This document shows positions 58,901 to 64,000 of a stretch of DNA of 64,000 nucleotides, piece by piece. A program made the translations under genes and the position numbers. A model generated the notes under the pieces. That model did not search any database, was not told the origin of the DNA, and saw nothing but the letters and a program-made list of their open reading frames with translations. Location: contig OZ024740.1 of assembly GCA_964016885.1 (NCBI GenBank), forward strand, positions 315,952,001 to 316,016,000, in the 5' to 3' direction. The stretch's first letter is position 1. Every line of letters starts with the position of its first letter. Origin of the DNA: Eledone cirrhosa (lineage: Eukaryota).

Positions 58901-61561
58901 CCTTAGTTCCACACTTAATGTTGTTGACAGGACCTTAGTTCCACACTTAATACTGTTGACAGGACCTTAGCTCCACACTTAATACTGTTGACAGACCTTA
59001 GTTCCACACTTAATGTTGTTGATAGGACCTTAGCTCCACACTTAATACTGTTGACAGACCTTAGTTCCACACTTAATACTGTTGACAGACCTTAGTTCCA
59101 CACTTAATGTTGTTGACAGGACCTTAGTTCCACACTTAATACTGTTGACAGGACCTTAGCTCCACACTTAATACTGTTGACAGACCTTAGTTCCACACTT
59201 AATGTTGTTGACAGGACCTTAGTTCCACACTTAATACTGTTGACAGGACCTTAGCTCCACACTTAATACTGTTGACAGACCTTAGTTCCACACTTAATAC
59301 TGTTGACAGACCTTAGTTCCACACTTAATGTTGTTGACAGACCTTAGCTCCACACTTAATACTGTTGACAGGACCTTAGTTCCACACTTAATACTGTTGA
59401 CAGGACCTTAGTTCCACACTTAATGTTGTTGACAGGACCTTAGTTCCACACTTAATGTTGTTGACAGACCTTAGCTCCACACTTAATACTGTTGACAGGA
59501 CCTTAGTTCCACACTTAATACTGTTGACAGACCTTAGTTCCACACTTAATGTTGTTGACAGGACCTTAGCTCCACACTTAATACTGTTGACAGACCTTAG
59601 CTCCACACTTAATGTTGTTGACAGGACCTTAGCTCCACACTTAATGTTGTTGACAGGACCTTAGCTCCACACTTAATACTGTTGACAGACCTTAGTTCCA
59701 CACTTAATACTGTTGACAGACCTCAGCTCCACACTTAATACTGTTGACAGACCTTAGCCCCACACTTAATACTGTTGACAGACCTTAGCTCCACACTTAA
59801 TACTGTTGATAGACCTCAGCTCCACCCTTAATGTTGTTGATAGACCTCAGCTCCACACTTAATACTGTTGACAGACCTTAGCTCCACACTTAATGTTGTT
59901 GACAGGACCTTAGTTCCACACTTAATGTTGTTGACAGGACCTCAGCTCCACACTTAATACTGTTGACAGACCTTAGTTCCACACTTAATACTGTTGATAG
60001 ACCTCAGCTCCACACTTAATACTGTTGACAGGACCTTAGCTCCACACTTAATACTGTTGACAGACCTTAGCTCCACACTTAATACTGTTGATAGACCTCA
60101 GCTCCACACTTAATGTTGTTGATAGACCTCAACTCCACACTTAATACTGTTGACAGACCTCAGCTCCACACTTAATACTGTTGACAGACCTTAGCTCCAC
60201 ACTTAATGTTGTTGACAGGACCTTAGCTCCACACTTAATACTGTTGACAACCCTAGTTCCACACTTAATACTGTTGACAGACCTCAGCTCCACACTTAAT
60301 ACTGTTGACAGACCTTAGCTCCACACTTAATGTTGTTGACAGGACCTTAGCTCCACACTTAATACTGTTGACAGGACCTTAGCTCCACACTTTATACTGT
60401 TGACAGACCTCAGCTCCACACTTAATACTGTTGACAGACCTTAGCTCCACACTTAATTCTGTTGACAGACCTTAGCTCCACACTTAATGTTGTTGACAGG
60501 AACTTAGCTCCACACTTAATACTGTTGACAGACCTTAGCTCCACACTTAATACTGTTGACAGACCTTAGCTCCACACTTAATGTTGTTGACAGGAACTTA
60601 GCTCCACACTTAATACTGTTGACAGACCTTAGCTCCACACTTAATACTGTTGACAGACCTCAGCTCCACACTTAATACTGTTGACAGACCTTAGCTCCAC
60701 ACTTAATACTGTTGACAGACCTCAGCTCCACACTTAATACTGTTGACAGACCTCAGCTCCACACTTAATACTGTTGACAGGACCTTAGTTCCACACTTAA
60801 TGTTGTTGATAGACCTCAGCTCAACACTTAATACTGTTGACAGACCTTAGTTCCACACTTAATACTGTTGACAGACCTTAGCTCCACACTTAATACTGTT
60901 GACAGACCTCAGCTCCACACTTAATACTGTTGACAGGACCTTAGTTCCACACTTAATGTTGTTGATAGACCTCAGCTCCACACTTAATACTGTTGACAGA
61001 CCTCAGCTCCACACTTAATACTGTTGACAGACCTCAGCTCCACACTTAATACTGTTGACAGGACCTTAGTTTCACACTTAATACTGTTGACAGACCTTAG
61101 CTCCACACTTAATACTATTGACAGACCTTAGCTCCACACTTAATACTGTTGACAGACCTCAGCTCCACACTTAATACTGTTGACAGGACCTCAGCTCCAC
61201 ACTTAATGTTGTCGATAGACCTCAGCTCCACACTTAATGTTGTTGATAGACCTCAGCTCCACACTTAATACTGTTGATAGACCTCAGCTCCACACTTAAT
61301 ACTGTTGACAGGACCTTAGTTCCACACTTAATGTTGTTGATAGACCTCAGCTCCACCCTTAATGTTGTTGATAGACCTCAGCTCCACACTTAATGTTGTT
61401 GACAGGACCTTAGTTCCACACTTAATGTTGTTGACAGGACCTTAGTTCCACACTTAATGTTGTTGACAGGACCTTAGTTCCACACTTAATGTTGTTGACA
61501 GACCTTAGCTCCACACTTAATACTGTTGATAGACCTCAGCTCCACACTTAATGTTGTTGAC
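52962..61561. repeat. 31/32-bp minisatellite (~270 units)
   Basis: Unit CCTTAG(T/C)TCCACACTTAAT(AC/GT)TGTTGACAG(G)A. Confidence 0.97.
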
Positions 61562-61739
61562 TGGCTTACAAACAAATGACCTTTTGATATTCTTTTAATT
61601 GCTATTTGTGATCTTGGAAACATATCTACATTTCTCTGGAATTTACATAATGTTCTTTCATGTTATTGCAGATTTTTTTTTTCTCTTTTATTATTTTACC
61701 ATAGTGATTTGTCTATGTTCATGTGTAGATGATTGTGTT

Positions 61740-62330
61740 CATATTGTGTGCGTGTGTGTATGTGTGTGTGTGCATGTATGTGTGTGTGTGCATGTATGTT
61801 TGTGTGTATGTATATATGTGTATGAATGTGTGTATGTATATATATATATATGTATGTGTGTGTATATATATGTGTGTGTTTGTGTATGTATATATATGTG
61901 TGTGTTTATGTACATTTATCTGTGTGTTTATGTACATTTATCTGTGTGTGTATGTATATATATATATATATGTGTGTGTGTGTTTATGTATATTTATCTG
62001 TGTCTGTGTGTTTATGTATATATATATATGTGCGTGTGTGTGTATGTGCAGATGTGTTCATGTGTGTGTATATATATCCATGTGTGTTTGTGTATATATA
62101 TGTGTGTGTATGTGCAGATGTGTTCATGTGTGTGTATATATATCCATGTTTGTTTGTGTATATATATGTGTGTGTATGTGCATATGTGTTCTTGTGTGTA
62201 TATATATACATGTGTGTTTGTATATATATATGTTCATGTGTCTGCATGTGTATGAGTGTGTCTATATGTAAGTGTGTGAGAGGAGGGATGTGTGTGTACA
62301 CATATATATGGATGAGTGTGTATGTATATA
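61740..62330. repeat. (TG)/(TA) compound microsatellite
   Basis: Direct inspection. Confidence 0.9.
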
Positions 62331-62660
62331 GTGTCCAATATATTATTTTGTATTGATCTTTGAGTGTGTATAGCTCATTTCAAAGACTTATTGATACTAC
62401 TGCAAAATTTCTATAATAGTAACAGCGTCGTGCCTGACCTGTGACTTCGTTGTTTATTGGGGTTGTGATGTCACATTGCATCAGGTATGACTAATAGTTA
62501 GTCAATATTTAAAATATACTCTACACAGTAACTCTAGACTTAACAATGACAGTGTTACATTATGTCTGAAAAGCTGTACATTCAAAAAGTGTCTAAACAT
62601 CCTGGACATGTATGCTGGGCCCTGCAATATACAAGGTGTATCAAAGAATATCATCTGATT

Positions 62661-62721
<61 letters not shown>

Positions 62722-62994
62722 TCATCATCGTTTAGCATCCATTTTTCCATGCTTGCATGGGTTAGATGGGTCGTCTATGCCAGGGGGCAAGTCTAGCCAG
62801 AGTTGGCCATTTCACACCTAGCTCCCCTTGAGGACTGTAAATTTCGCCAGATATTTTACAGTTGGATGCCTTTCTTAACACCAACCACATTTACAGTATG
62901 TAAATAGGATAGTTATTTTTAATACACCCTGTATTGGGAATGTGCTTCTTCTTCATCACCATCGTCATGTCTTCTTTCCCAACTGGAATAGTGA

Positions 62995-63380
62995 TATAAT
63001 GAAAATTATTGTGTACAATGTGATCAGGTGCACTATAATTCATCAAAGGTGCATGTATAGTACATAGAATAATTTGCAAATGTCAGGAAAGCGAACAGTA
63101 TATCAATCATAATATACACACAGACACATGTGTCCACGTGTATGCAGAGGGAATATCAGGTGTAGTGTTGGCGAATTTCTGGAAGTATGGAAGTTTTCAA
63201 GTAGGTTGGATGAGTTGTCACGGTTCAAGACCAGATGGGTTAGAGTGGCTAATTTTGCTCATTATGTTCCATATTTGGTATGGTTTCTACAGCTGAAGAG
63301 GAGATGGGTTCCACCAGGTTTTAAAATGCCCCGAAAACGCAGTATGCCACTATGGCACCCCTACAACTCCATCAGGAGTT
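62995..63380 (-). mobile_element. 3' end of a CR1-type LINE (similar to 28512-28890)
   Basis: ATAATGAAAATTATTGTGTACA..CAGGTGCACTA..CATCAAAGGTGCATGTATA shared with 28512 onward. Confidence 0.75.
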
Positions 63381-64000
63381 ACAAGTCCATACATACATAC
63401 TACACCAACACCAACTACCCTTTCTCATATCAACTACCTTACAGTGTACTCTGGGTGTGTTTTTTTTGTGACACCAGCACTACCACACTAGGGAGTGGAT
63501 GAACACATTTTATCATGGTACCAACACTAACACGTTAACCCTTTATTTACTATTATATATTAATGTAAAGGCTTTACCTCACATAATATCGAAGCTATGA
63601 GATTTTGATATTATATATTTTGAGAACAATATCTTAACATCAGTATGAGCAACCAGTTGAACAGATAGAGGTGAGAGAATTCTGGCTGAATATAACCGGT
63701 TTAAATGCTAAAGGGTTAAAGGATATACTGATTGCATTTTATTGTAGCATCAGCACTAGCGTGACTGTCACATACATACTAGGGCAGACTGAAGAATCCT
63801 CTCCAATCCAGTATTGTCTCTGTTTCATTTTCAGTCATTCTACAATAAAATGTAAAATTGCCAAGATGGAAAAACTTGAAGGAAAATTATTAAAATAACA
63901 TTTAAGTGAAATGTAATAAAAGAACTACTCTCTCTCTTTTTTTACTCATACTATACATGTATATGACATATGTTTACTGATATATTTTTATATTTATATA

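Noticed and set aside
52962-61561. CRISPR-like periodicity (31-32 bp)
   Set aside because: Head-to-tail repeats with no unique spacers, no cas genes, and a eukaryotic context

Overview
AT-rich eukaryotic repeat landscape. The repeat families resemble those of octopus/cephalopod genomes (inference). I can support no host protein-coding gene, and most ORF-track entries are (TA)n/(TG)n or minisatellite artefacts. The first ~21.5 kb is a (TA)n microsatellite platform packed with retroelement insertions: Penelope-like elements (PLEs; RT + GIY-YIG), RTE and CR1-type LINEs. The main finding is a hammerhead-ribozyme (HHR) system, with 16 type I HHR motifs plus one variant read by eye across the window. 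Two related tandem arrays (424-bp units at 1-2206, +; 466-bp units at 10910-12223, -) carry one HHR per unit with a palindromic stem III and a compensatory change in stem I, which fits non-LTR retrozymes (circRNA-producing satellites). The 466-bp array is fused directly to an inverted N-terminal fragment of a PLE ORF inside one (TA)n-bounded block, suggesting PLE-driven retrozyme mobilisation. Three PLE-end insertions are fold-back/inverted structures, each with one long and one short 3' terminus. The rest of the window holds decayed LINEs (CR1, RTE, Tx1/L1, CRE-like), a gypsy RT remnant, SINEs, MITEs and two large minisatellites (48 bp and 31/32 bp); the 48-bp one appears to derive from an RTE-type 3' UTR motif. 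All structures were read manually and no folding or database searches were run.
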